From positions 10,524-74,523 of the forward strand of contig JAFZBK010000042.1 of NCBI GenBank assembly GCA_017561825.1: 64,000 nt of DNA. Reading direction: 5' to 3'. Position numbers and translations under genes: made by a program. This DNA comes from Prevotella sp. (lineage in GTDB: Bacteria > Bacteroidota > Bacteroidia > Bacteroidales > Bacteroidaceae). Positions 40,927-50,078 of the stretch are shown here, piece after piece; within the stretch, counting starts at the first letter, position 1, and every line of letters begins with the position of its first letter. The notes beneath the pieces were generated by a model that saw only the letters and a list, made by a program, of their open reading frames with translations, was not told the origin of the DNA and did not search any database.

Positions 40927-40964
40927 TTGTGCAAATATACGCTTTATTATTATGTTGCGCAAAC
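40927..40964 (-). promoter_or_regulatory. sigma-A promoter for the large lipoprotein operon
   Basis: Minus strand TTTG...TATATTTG. Confidence 0.65.
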
Positions 40965-41207
40965 AATTCTCTATCTTTTTTCATAAAAAGAACAAAATTT
41001 AACATTTTTATTGCCTCTTGCCCTAAATATGAACGCATTTCATGCTAAAACATCAGCATTTACGCGTATTTTGAAAGGTGCACACGATTATCTACACTAA
41101 TCATTTCCAATTTCACTCATTTTAATCATTCCTCCTTCTTTCTCCATAGGCAATTATTGTTTTTAATGTTTCGCGCGTGCGCGCATTATTATAATAAGGT
41201 GTCCCAG

Positions 41208-43133
41208 CTATTTCGCCAACACTTTCTTTCCATTGATTATATAGATACCCTTCTGTGGCTTTACTACACGTTGTCCAGTGAGGTTATAGATAGCACCATC
41301 CTTTGTCTCACCAATCTTCACATTCAGAATACCGCTGGCTTTGTTCAAAGAGACCAAATAGCTCTTCTTGCTAGCAAATTCAGGAGTATTGCCATTGTAG
41401 TTGATGATCTTACCACAGACAATCACCTCATCTTCCACAGCAATCTGCTCATCTCCTTCTTGCCAAGCCTTATTGTCAAAGTAATAGCTACTGTACACTG
41501 TGAACTCCGTACCAGAAGAGCCATCTTCAGAGATGTTATAGGTAGCAGTACCGTACTTGGCACTATACTCAAACTTGATGCTGCAGATCTTGCCCCTTAC
41601 ATAGAAGTCTTCAGCGGACTCTTTGTCACCGATAACTTCGGCTGCAGAGATGGCAGAAGCAACACTGATAGGACTGGTTGACGTTCCGTGATTCAACTTG
41701 TCTTCAGGATTCTCCTGTGGACCGCCTTCATCAGATGTCTTTCCGTTTAACGAGAACAGATAGTTCTTCTTGTCAGCAAACTCTGGAGTATTGCCGCCAT
41801 AAAGAGTTATCTTGCCACAAACTATCACCTCATCACCCACGGATATCTGCGTCTGACCTTCCTTCCAGCTCTTACTGCCGAAATAATAGCTGCCATAAAC
41901 TGTGAATTCTTTTCCAGTGCCTTCTGAACCATCGTCAGAAATGTTATAGGTAGCAGTACCGTACTTGGCACTATACTCAAACTTGATGCTGCAGATCTTG
42001 CCCCTTACATAGAAGTCTTCTGCGGACTCTTTGTCACCGATAACTTCGGCTGCAGAGATGGCAGAAGCAACACTGATAGGACTGGTTGACGTTCCGTGAT
42101 TCAACTTGTCTTCAGGATTCTCCTGTGGACCAGAAGATGTATTACCTATTGTCAAAGTAGAAGATGTTCCAGAAGATACTTTCAAATAAGCCGTATTTGC
42201 AGGAAGATAGGTATCACCTTCATTCACGAGTGAAAGCTCTCCGTTTTTCACTGTCAACAACCGCATGGTCTTTTTATCAAAGGCAGTACGCACAATGTGT
42301 TTGCCACCTGCATTATGGTTGAAATAAACACCTTCCATCAGGTTTGTGGTAAAGGATGATGAAACTGAAGAAGACAGAGGTTGCAGTTTATTTTGGGCTG
42401 GTGAAGAAAAACTACTCTCGAGAATTACTGGTGTTTCTGCTGGTACATTGGAACCGATATCCACCAAGTTCACCTTATCGCCAGAGATCTCAGAAACCAC
42501 GTATGCCTTCATGCCATCCGATAGTTGATACGGAAAATCTGTATAAAGCGTCGTATAATACTTGCCATTGGCATTTAGGTCCATTTTCACACCGAAATAG
42601 TTGTTACCGTCGTTTGTGACAGGTATGATATCCCAAATACCTTTTTCCTTCTTGGCTTTTGTTTCACTGTCAGCATAGCCAACTGAAGCACCAGACCCTG
42701 AATCGGTCAAGTATGCATTCGCATAACCCGTCATTCCACCAGCAGATCCTTTATACGTCACATATACCAAATAAGAATCTGTTGTGACGGACTTAATAAG
42801 CACGTTCGTCTTATTAATAATCTTACTGACTGATGTTCCCTGTGCGGAAAAGTCATAATAACCTGCGCCCTTATCAGTAAGACCAATAATTGTTGCCGGA
42901 TCGCCTACCACATTATCAAATCCAGAGACCATCTCCACAGCCTTCACGTCTGCGGTCTTCTTTGATATATTCACTGACCCTACGTTGTCCCTTACGGAGA
43001 CATATCGTTTGGTTGCTGTGTTCTGAACACGATAATACTTATATTGTTCTGGAGCTAACTGTCCCCATGCACTACTGAAAACAAATGCCAGTAGTACGGT
43101 TATCCACCATTTTGTTTTGTTTATCATACTCAT
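41208..43133 (-). CDS. Secreted T9SS cargo with two tandem OB-fold-like domains
   Basis: Signal peptide; duplicated ~136-aa module; IYNLTGQRV..KGIYIINGKKVLAK tail. Confidence 0.8.
   Translation of the reverse strand: MSMINKTKWWITVLLAFVFSSAWGQLAPEQYKYYRVQNTATKRYVSVRDNVGSVNISKKTADVKAVEMVSGFDNVVGDPATIIGLTDKGAGYYDFSAQGTSVSKIINKTNVLIKSVTTDSYLVYVTYKGSAGGMTGYANAYLTDSGSGASVGYADSETKAKKEKGIWDIIPVTNDGNNYFGVKMDLNANGKYYTTLYTDFPYQLSDGMKAYVVSEISGDKVNLVDIGSNVPAETPVILESSFSSPAQNKLQPLSSSVSSSFTTNLMEGVYFNHNAGGKHIVRTAFDKKTMRLLTVKNGELSLVNEGDTYLPANTAYLKVSSGTSSTLTIGNTSSGPQENPEDKLNHGTSTSPISVASAISAAEVIGDKESAEDFYVRGKICSIKFEYSAKYGTATYNISDDGSEGTGKEFTVYGSYYFGSKSWKEGQTQISVGDEVIVCGKITLYGGNTPEFADKKNYLFSLNGKTSDEGGPQENPEDKLNHGTSTSPISVASAISAAEVIGDKESAEDFYVRGKICSIKFEYSAKYGTATYNISEDGSSGTEFTVYSSYYFDNKAWQEGDEQIAVEDEVIVCGKIINYNGNTPEFASKKSYLVSLNKASGILNVKIGETKDGAIYNLTGQRVVKPQKGIYIINGKKVLAK
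41533..42131. repeat. 191-bp near-perfect internal direct repeat (41533-41723 and 41941-42131)
   Basis: One mismatch seen over 191 nt; offset 408 bp. Confidence 0.9.
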
Positions 43134-43295
43134 TAGTCTTTGCTTTCTCTATTATGCTGCATAATAAAACAGTGCAAAGATATGAAAAGATATGGAAAAA
43201 CAAAACTTTTTTCACAAAAAACGTGCCAAAATGCTATAAATTAAGCAAAAAAGCCCCTCAAACGAGGAGCTTTTCAATAAAAATAGCCTTTTTGC

Positions 43296-44744
43296 TTAGA
43301 ATTCCGCATTCTTGGGAGTTCTCGGGAATGGTATCACATCACGGATGTTCTGCATGCCTGTTACGAACAGGATAAGGCGCTCAAATCCAAGACCAAAGCC
43401 AGCATGAGGACAAGATCCATACTTACGGGTATCAAGATACCACCACAGCTTATCGGTCTCCATTCCACGATCGGTAATCTCACCCATCAGCTTGTCGTAG
43501 CTTTCTTCACGGACAGAACCGCCAATGATCTCTCCAATCTGCGGGAAGAGCACATCAGTGCCTTGCATGGTGGGTCCAGGAGCCACACAACCCTTGTAAC
43601 CAACCGATCCTTCACCCTGCTTCTCGTTCTGTTTCATATAGAACGCCTTGATACATGCGGGGTAGTCGGTCATGATTACCGGTTTCTTGAAATGCTCCTC
43701 AACCAGATAGCGCTCATGCTCACTGGCCAGATCATCACCCCACTCGCAGGGGAACTCAAACTTCTTGCCATTCTTGATGGCTTCCTGAAGTATCTCAATA
43801 CCCTTTGTGTAAGGCAAACGAACAAACTCCTCTTTCAGTACGCCTTCCAAACGAGGAATCAGATCATGCTGTGGCGTAATGAACTTATTGTTGTTGATAA
43901 ACTCCAAGTCGTCCTTGCATTTCTCCAAGGCCCATCGTACGCAGTACTTGATGAAATCCTCTTCCAGGTCCATCAGTTCCTCCTGATCTAGGAAAGCCAC
44001 CTCAGGTTCCACCATCCAGAACTCAGCCAGATGTCGGGGTGTGTTAGAGTTCTCTGCACGGAATGTAGGACCAAAGGTATAAATAGCACCCAATGCCGTA
44101 GCACCAAGCTCACCCTCCAACTGTCCGGATACCGTCAGGGAAGTCTGCTGACCAAAGAAATCATCATCATAGATAATCTTCCCGTTCTCATCCTTCTGCA
44201 AGTCATACAGGTTCTTGGTCGTCACCTGGAACATGTTTCCTGCTCCCTCGCAATCACTGGCCGTGATCAGCGGGGTATGGAAATAGTAGAACCCATGCTC
44301 ATGGAAATAGGTATGGATGGCCATGGCCATGTTATGACGAATACGCATCACGGCTCCGAAGACGTTGGTTCGAAGACGCAGATGGGCATACTGACGCATA
44401 TACTCGAAAGTCTGCCCTTTCTTCTGCATCGGATAATCGCTGCCGCAAAGGCCATATACCGTAATCTCCGTACACTGTATCTCAGAAGCCTGACCCTGTG
44501 CCGGACTCTCTACGAGCGTACCTGTTACACCTATGCAAGCTCCAGTAGTGATATTCTTCAGCGTTGCCTCGTCCACACGACCAGCATCCACCACAATTTG
44601 GATGTTCTTGATGGTTGATCCATCGTTCAGGGCGATAAAGTCAACAGCCTTACTGCTACGGTGCGTGCGCACCCAGCCCATCACAGTGATCGTCTTTCCA
44701 TAATCGGTGCTTTGGAGCGCATCGATGATCTTTGTTCTTTTCAT
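43296..44744 (-). CDS. asnS: Asparagine--tRNA ligase
   Basis: [47 protein letters not shown]. Confidence 0.97.
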   Translation of the reverse strand: MKRTKIIDALQSTDYGKTITVMGWVRTHRSSKAVDFIALNDGSTIKNIQIVVDAGRVDEATLKNITTGACIGVTGTLVESPAQGQASEIQCTEITVYGLCGSDYPMQKKGQTFEYMRQYAHLRLRTNVFGAVMRIRHNMAMAIHTYFHEHGFYYFHTPLITASDCEGAGNMFQVTTKNLYDLQKDENGKIIYDDDFFGQQTSLTVSGQLEGELGATALGAIYTFGPTFRAENSNTPRHLAEFWMVEPEVAFLDQEELMDLEEDFIKYCVRWALEKCKDDLEFINNNKFITPQHDLIPRLEGVLKEEFVRLPYTKGIEILQEAIKNGKKFEFPCEWGDDLASEHERYLVEEHFKKPVIMTDYPACIKAFYMKQNEKQGEGSVGYKGCVAPGPTMQGTDVLFPQIGEIIGGSVREESYDKLMGEITDRGMETDKLWWYLDTRKYGSCPHAGFGLGFERLILFVTGMQNIRDVIPFPRTPKNAEF

Positions 44745-44753
44745 ATGCATCTA

Positions 44754-46187
44754 TTATTCAAAAGCGCCCATGCGCAACATCTCCACTTCCTTTTCGGTCA
44801 GGAAACGCCAGTCACCACGACGCAGGTTCTTTTTGGTAAGACCGGCAAACTGTACACGATCCAGTTTCACAACACGGTAGCCAAGACTCTCGAAGATACG
44901 GCGAACGATGCGGTTCTTTCCACTGTGGATCTCCACGCCCACCTGACTCTTGTCATTCTCGTTGCAATACTCGATGGCATCTGCGTGTACCTCACCATCC
45001 TCCAGGTCGATACCCTCCTTGATTCGTTCCATATCCTGAGGATCCACGTTCTTGTCGAGGAATACATGATATACCTTCTTCTTCAGGAACTTCGGATGAG
45101 TAAGTTTAGAAGCCAGGTCACCGTCGTTGGTGAGCAACAGCACACCTGTTGTGTTCCTATCCAGACGGCCTACAGGGTAGATGCGCTCAGGACACACGTT
45201 CTTTACGAGATCCATCACGGTCTTGCGCTGCTGAGGATCATCACTGGTTGTTACATAATCCTTGGGTTTATTAAGCAACACATATACCTTCTTCTCCAAA
45301 GATACAGGAGCATCGTGGAATACCACTTCATCTGTGCGCAGAACTTTTGTTCCCAATTCGGTTACCACCTGTCCGTTGACAGTTACAGCACCAGAGAGGA
45401 TGAACTCATCAGCCTCACGGCGACTGCAGATACCTGCGTTGGCCAAATACTTATTCAGACGGATCGGCTCATTCGGATCCACATTCACCTCTTTGTATTC
45501 GATACGCTTCTTCAAGCTATACTTCGCATTCGGATCATAGCCACCACGCTGCTGACCATAACCGCCACGCTGCTGACCATAACCGCCGCGCTGCTGACCA
45601 TAACCACCACGCTGCTGACCATAACCGCCACGCTGCTGACCATAACCGCCACGCTGCTGACCATAGCCGCCGCGCTGCTGACCGTAACCGCCACGAGGAC
45701 TATAACCGCTCTGCTGACGGGGCTGGTAGCCACCTTCTCCTTCATTGAAGTTTGGACGGGGACGATAACCCTGCTGTGGACGCTGGTTGTAACCACCCTG
45801 ACGAGGTTGGTAACCACCTTCACCCTCATTGTTATTATAGTTAGGACGGGGACGATAGCCTTGCTGACCGTGCTGGTTAAAGCCACCCTGGCGAGACTGG
45901 TACCCTCCCTGATTGCCATAGTTATTACGAGGACGGAATGAACGTTGTGCCGAGCTATCCTGTTGTAAGCCGGCTCCGAAACCTTCCGGACGGAATCCTC
46001 CATCCTCTTCTTTGTTACCCCTGTTAGCGCCATAAGGACGAGCAGTGTGTATACGCGGACGCGGACTGCGTCCCGGTGTTCGATAGTTGGAATAGCCAGT
46101 TGTAGGACGGTAGCCCTCACGGCCTCCCTCTTGCTGGTTCTGTTCAGCAGACATTCCTTCAGTTTTGTTTTCTAATTCTTCTGACAT
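44754..46187 (-). CDS. rRNA pseudouridine synthase (RluB/RluF-like) with long low-complexity N-terminus
   Basis: S4 domain RLNKYLANAGICSRREAD, NKPKD, VGRLDRNTTGVLLLTNDG. Confidence 0.92.
   Translation of the reverse strand: MSEELENKTEGMSAEQNQQEGGREGYRPTTGYSNYRTPGRSPRPRIHTARPYGANRGNKEEDGGFRPEGFGAGLQQDSSAQRSFRPRNNYGNQGGYQSRQGGFNQHGQQGYRPRPNYNNNEGEGGYQPRQGGYNQRPQQGYRPRPNFNEGEGGYQPRQQSGYSPRGGYGQQRGGYGQQRGGYGQQRGGYGQQRGGYGQQRGGYGQQRGGYGQQRGGYDPNAKYSLKKRIEYKEVNVDPNEPIRLNKYLANAGICSRREADEFILSGAVTVNGQVVTELGTKVLRTDEVVFHDAPVSLEKKVYVLLNKPKDYVTTSDDPQQRKTVMDLVKNVCPERIYPVGRLDRNTTGVLLLTNDGDLASKLTHPKFLKKKVYHVFLDKNVDPQDMERIKEGIDLEDGEVHADAIEYCNENDKSQVGVEIHSGKNRIVRRIFESLGYRVVKLDRVQFAGLTKKNLRRGDWRFLTEKEVEMLRMGAFE
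45538..45696 (-). repeat. 21-bp tandem repeat encoding (GGYGQQR)x7
   Basis: ccataaccgccacgctgctga units on the + strand. Confidence 0.92.
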
Positions 46188-46261
46188 GGTAATAATGATA
46201 ATAATAAAACAATAAATTAATAAATATAAAATAAAGAGATGCCTAATCGCTTAGGCAAAAG

Positions 46262-47626
46262 TTAAACTCCTGTATAATTATCAGGTGTGATAGCCATCAG
46301 TTCGGCCTTTACCTTATCATCTACATCCAATGACTGGATGAATGCATGAATCGCTTCCTCTGTCATATGTTTATTGGTACGTGTAAGAGCTTTCAGTGCT
46401 TCATACGGATGCGGGTATGCCTCACGGCGCAAGATGGTCTGGATGGCTTCGGCCACCACTGCCCATGTGTTATCCAAATCTCCGGTTAGCTTATCCTCAT
46501 TTAAGATCAGCTTACGCAATCCCTTCAGTGTACTCTGGATGGCAATCATGCCATGACCCAATGGAACTCCGATGTTGCGCAAGACGGTAGAGTCGGTCAG
46601 GTCACGCTGCAAACGACTCACGGGCAGTTTCTGCGAAAGAAACAGAAGTACGGCATTGGCCATTCCCATATTTCCCTCCGAGTTCTCGAAGTCGATAGGG
46701 TTCACCTTATGTGGCATGGCACTGCTTCCCACTTCCCCTTCTTTGATCTTCTGCTTGAAATACTCCATAGAGATATACATCCAGAAGTCGCGGTCAAGAT
46801 CAATGATGATGGTATTGATTCTCCGCAGTGCATCGAACAAGGCGGCCAACTGATCATAGTTACTGATCTGGGTGGTGTATTGTTCACGCTGCAGACCGAG
46901 TTTCTCGCTGACGAAACGGTTGGCGAATGCCTGCCAGTCATACTGCGGATAAGCCACATGATGTGCATTGAAATTGCCCGTTGCCCCTCCGAACTTAGCC
47001 GTAAACGGCACGTTCTTCAATGAAACAATCTGCTGTTCCAGTCGATAGACGAATACCTGAATCTCCTTACCCAGTCGTGTAGGAGAAGCAGGTTGACCAT
47101 GAGTCCTTGCCAGCATCGGCACATCACTCCACTGCTCTGCATCTTCTTTCAAGAGGGTCACGAGTTCCTCCAGCATCGGGATATACGCATCCTCCAGCGC
47201 TTCTTTCACAGAAAGAGGAACACTGGTATTGTTAATGTCTTGAGAGGTCAGGCCAAAATGAATAAATTCCTTGTATTTGTCGAGGGTAGGACATGCTGCA
47301 TCCTTTGATATCTCATCGAATCTCTCCTTGATGAAATATTCCACAGCCTTTACGTCATGATTGGTGATCTTCTCAATGTCTTTCACTCGCTGGGCATCAG
47401 CCACGTTGAAGTCACGATAGATAGAGCGCAGACGACCAAAGAGTGTCTGGTCGAAATCTGCCAACTGAGGAAGTGGCAATTCACATAAGGTAATGAAATA
47501 CTCAATCTCTACCCGTACACGGTAACGAATAAGCGCATACTCTGAGAAATATCCTGCCAACGTCTCTGTCTTACTTCTATATCTACCATCAATCGGTGAG
47601 ATGGCTGTCAAAACATCAAGATTCAT
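46262..47626 (-). CDS. purB: Adenylosuccinate lyase
   Basis: AISPIDGRY, TNHDVKAVEY, ARTHGQPA, GSSAMPHKVNPIDFEN. Confidence 0.96.
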   Translation of the reverse strand: MNLDVLTAISPIDGRYRSKTETLAGYFSEYALIRYRVRVEIEYFITLCELPLPQLADFDQTLFGRLRSIYRDFNVADAQRVKDIEKITNHDVKAVEYFIKERFDEISKDAACPTLDKYKEFIHFGLTSQDINNTSVPLSVKEALEDAYIPMLEELVTLLKEDAEQWSDVPMLARTHGQPASPTRLGKEIQVFVYRLEQQIVSLKNVPFTAKFGGATGNFNAHHVAYPQYDWQAFANRFVSEKLGLQREQYTTQISNYDQLAALFDALRRINTIIIDLDRDFWMYISMEYFKQKIKEGEVGSSAMPHKVNPIDFENSEGNMGMANAVLLFLSQKLPVSRLQRDLTDSTVLRNIGVPLGHGMIAIQSTLKGLRKLILNEDKLTGDLDNTWAVVAEAIQTILRREAYPHPYEALKALTRTNKHMTEEAIHAFIQSLDVDDKVKAELMAITPDNYTGV

Positions 47627-47758
47627 CACTGTCTTTATACGTATTTATACTATGGACTGCAAAGGTAGCAATAATATTCGATAATCCTGCTAACACATCC
47701 TCATTTTTTCGACTCTAATCAAAAAAAACTTCCAGCCATAAGACTGGAAGCTATTTTG

Positions 47759-47833
47759 TGGGCGTTGACGGATTCGAACCGCCGACCCTCTGCTTGTAAG
47801 GCAGATGCTCTAAACCAGCTGAGCTAAACGCCC
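47759..47833 (-). tRNA. tRNA-Val(TAC)
   Basis: GGGCGTT/AACGCCC acceptor, loop CTTACAA, GGTTCGAATCC; TACCTTTG upstream, hairpin terminator downstream. Confidence 0.95.
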
Positions 47834-47956
47834 TTTTTTTCAAAAGCGCTGCAAAGGTACGATGTTTTTTTTATTCCACCAAATTTTCGAAGGTTTTTTT
47901 TCGTTTTCTGTGAAAAAAGAATGGGAATAGGTTGTTTTAGCAGCCCACTTTCGTAT

Positions 47957-48032
47957 AGTCCGCACATTGCGGACTCCCAGTCCGAAGCTTACGGACTCTC
48001 AGTCCGCAACGTCGCGGACTGGGAATCCGTAA
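47957..48032. repeat. Tandem 22-bp palindromic units (AGTCCG-N7/8-CGGACT)
   Basis: Units start at 47957, 47979, 48001, with a partial unit at ~48024. Confidence 0.8.
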
Positions 48033-48060
48033 GTCACAAACTCATCACGAACTTGAATCT

Positions 48061-48486
48061 TTACAGACGATACAAGTCACTTGCCGCAATCAGATCCACT
48101 TTCTTCTCCTCGAGGATACGGTCGCAGCTGTCAAGATCAGTAGGACGAATAACGATATTGGCTACGTCACCATTGGCAAAGCTGTACATATACTCGATGA
48201 AGACGCCATTGTCTGACAGGTATTTCAGCACCAAGGCCAGTGAGCCACTGGTATTCGGACAAGTAAAACCGATCACATCCGTGATCTTCACGGCAAACCC
48301 TGCTTCCTTCAGCACCTTGTAGGCTGCATCAGGATCAGAAACGATACAGCGCAGAATGCCAAAATCGCTATTATCTGCAATACTCATGGCTGACAGGTTG
48401 ATGCCTGCACTTCCCAATACATCTGTTACTTCGGTCAGACGACCGCCTTTATTCTCCAGGAAAACGGATAATTGTTTTGCTTTCAT
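48061..48486 (-). CDS. ACT domain-containing protein
   Basis: QLSVFLENKGGRL..GINLSAMSIADNSDFGILR; usual paaK neighbour. Confidence 0.9.
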   Translation of the reverse strand: MKAKQLSVFLENKGGRLTEVTDVLGSAGINLSAMSIADNSDFGILRCIVSDPDAAYKVLKEAGFAVKITDVIGFTCPNTSGSLALVLKYLSDNGVFIEYMYSFANGDVANIVIRPTDLDSCDRILEEKKVDLIAASDLYRL

Positions 48487-48518
48487 ATGCTTCTTTCTAT
48501 TTGATTGTCAGGTAATTG

Positions 48519-49820
48519 TTATTTAAAAACACGATTATCGAATACACGTTTGGCCTTTCCTGTACTCCGTTCGATGCTCTTCGGCTCAACAAGACGTACC
48601 TTGAAGCCAATGCCAATGACGCTACGAAGCTCTGATTCCAGTTTCTTCTGCAGACCCACCAACTGACCCATCTCGTCTGTGAAGTATTCTTCCTTCACCT
48701 CTACCTTCAATTCAGAGGTGTCGGTATTGTTCACACGGTCAACATTTAGCACGAAATGAGGTTCAAACTCTGGCAGACTGAGGATGACGGCCTCAATCTG
48801 TGACGGGAATACATTCACACCACGGATGATGAGCATATCGTCGCAACGACCCAGGATACGATCCATCCTTACCAACGTACGTCCACATTCACAACGGTCA
48901 TAATGCAAAGCTGTCAGGTCGTGCGTACGATAACGAAGGAGAGGCATTCCCTCTTTGGTGAGATGAGTGAACGCCAGTTCGCCGAATGATCCTTCAGGAA
49001 GTGACTCACCTGTATTAGGATCAAGAATCTCGGGATAGAAATAATCCTCACTGAGATGTGTACCATTCTGGCACTGGCATTCATAACCCACACCAGGACC
49101 AGCAATCTCACTCAGTCCGTAGATATCGTATGCCTTGATGCCCAAGGTGCTCTCAAGTTTTGCACGCATCTCTTCCGTCCAAGGCTCAGCACCGAAAGCA
49201 CCGATCTTCAGTTTGAACTCTTCCCGAGGCCACTCGCTCTCTTGCAGAGCCTCACCAAGGAACATGGCATATGATGGCGTACAGCAAAGCACGGTGGCTC
49301 CAAAGTCATGCATCAGCGTTATCTGTTTCTGGGTATTACCAGAAGACATGGGGATCACACTTGCCCCAATATTGGTAGCGCCATCATGCGCACCGAGTCC
49401 ACCTGTAAACAGGCCATAGCCGTATGACACCTGGAAGATGTCCTCTTTAGCGGCACCATAGGCGGTAAAGGCACGTGATATACTCTCTGTCCACATAGCC
49501 ACATCCTTACGGGTATAAAGAACCACCACAGGCTTTCCCGTTGTACCCGAGGAAGCGTGGATACGTACTATCTGACTCATCGGCACTGCGGCCAATCCAA
49601 AAGGATAGTTGTCTCTCAGGTCGAGTTTATTGGTAAAGGGAAGCTTCACAATGTCATCAATACTCTTGATGTCACCGGGCTCCAGTCCCATTTCCTGAAA
49701 TTTCTTACGGTAAAACGGTGTGTTATGATACACATAATCCGCCATTTTCCTTAAACGCTGGCTCTGGATCTCACGTAATTGCTCACGATCCATGCACTCG
49801 ATACTTTCATTCCAAATCAT
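48519..49820 (-). CDS. paaK: Phenylacetate--CoA ligase family protein
   Basis: HASSGTTGKP, YGYGLFTGGLG, GAEPW, DIYGLSE, RYRTHD, GVNVFPSQIE. Confidence 0.9.
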   Translation of the reverse strand: MIWNESIECMDREQLREIQSQRLRKMADYVYHNTPFYRKKFQEMGLEPGDIKSIDDIVKLPFTNKLDLRDNYPFGLAAVPMSQIVRIHASSGTTGKPVVVLYTRKDVAMWTESISRAFTAYGAAKEDIFQVSYGYGLFTGGLGAHDGATNIGASVIPMSSGNTQKQITLMHDFGATVLCCTPSYAMFLGEALQESEWPREEFKLKIGAFGAEPWTEEMRAKLESTLGIKAYDIYGLSEIAGPGVGYECQCQNGTHLSEDYFYPEILDPNTGESLPEGSFGELAFTHLTKEGMPLLRYRTHDLTALHYDRCECGRTLVRMDRILGRCDDMLIIRGVNVFPSQIEAVILSLPEFEPHFVLNVDRVNNTDTSELKVEVKEEYFTDEMGQLVGLQKKLESELRSVIGIGFKVRLVEPKSIERSTGKAKRVFDNRVFK

Positions 49821-49852
49821 CACTTAAAATCATTATTAATTTGATTTGGGCA

Positions 49853-50022
49853 CAAAGTTACGAAAAAACGAGAGCAGAACAAAAAGAATTCATTCTTTTT
49901 TTATGCCGAGTGCATTGTAAGTTCGCGGATAAGTCCGCAAAGTTACAAAAAATCGAGAGCAGAACAAAATAAACTTGTTTTTTTTTCCGAGTGAATTGTA
50001 AGTTCGGCGAAGCCAAATATAC
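49853..50022 (-). repeat. Promoter-carrying structured repeat, tandem copies G1+G2, upstream of paaK
   Basis: Minus: TATATTT|ggcttcgccgaactta..cactcgg..ttttgttctgctctcg..TAACTTT|gcggacttatccgcgaactta..cactcgg..ttttgttctgctctcg..TAACTTTG. Confidence 0.85.
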
Positions 50023-50063
50023 AAAAAAATCTGCATCCCAATGACAGAATGCAGATTTTTTTT
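50023..50063. terminator. Bidirectional terminator
   Basis: aaaaaaatctgcat...atgcagattttttt. Confidence 0.8.
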
Positions 50064-50078
50064 GATTTTGTTATCAGA

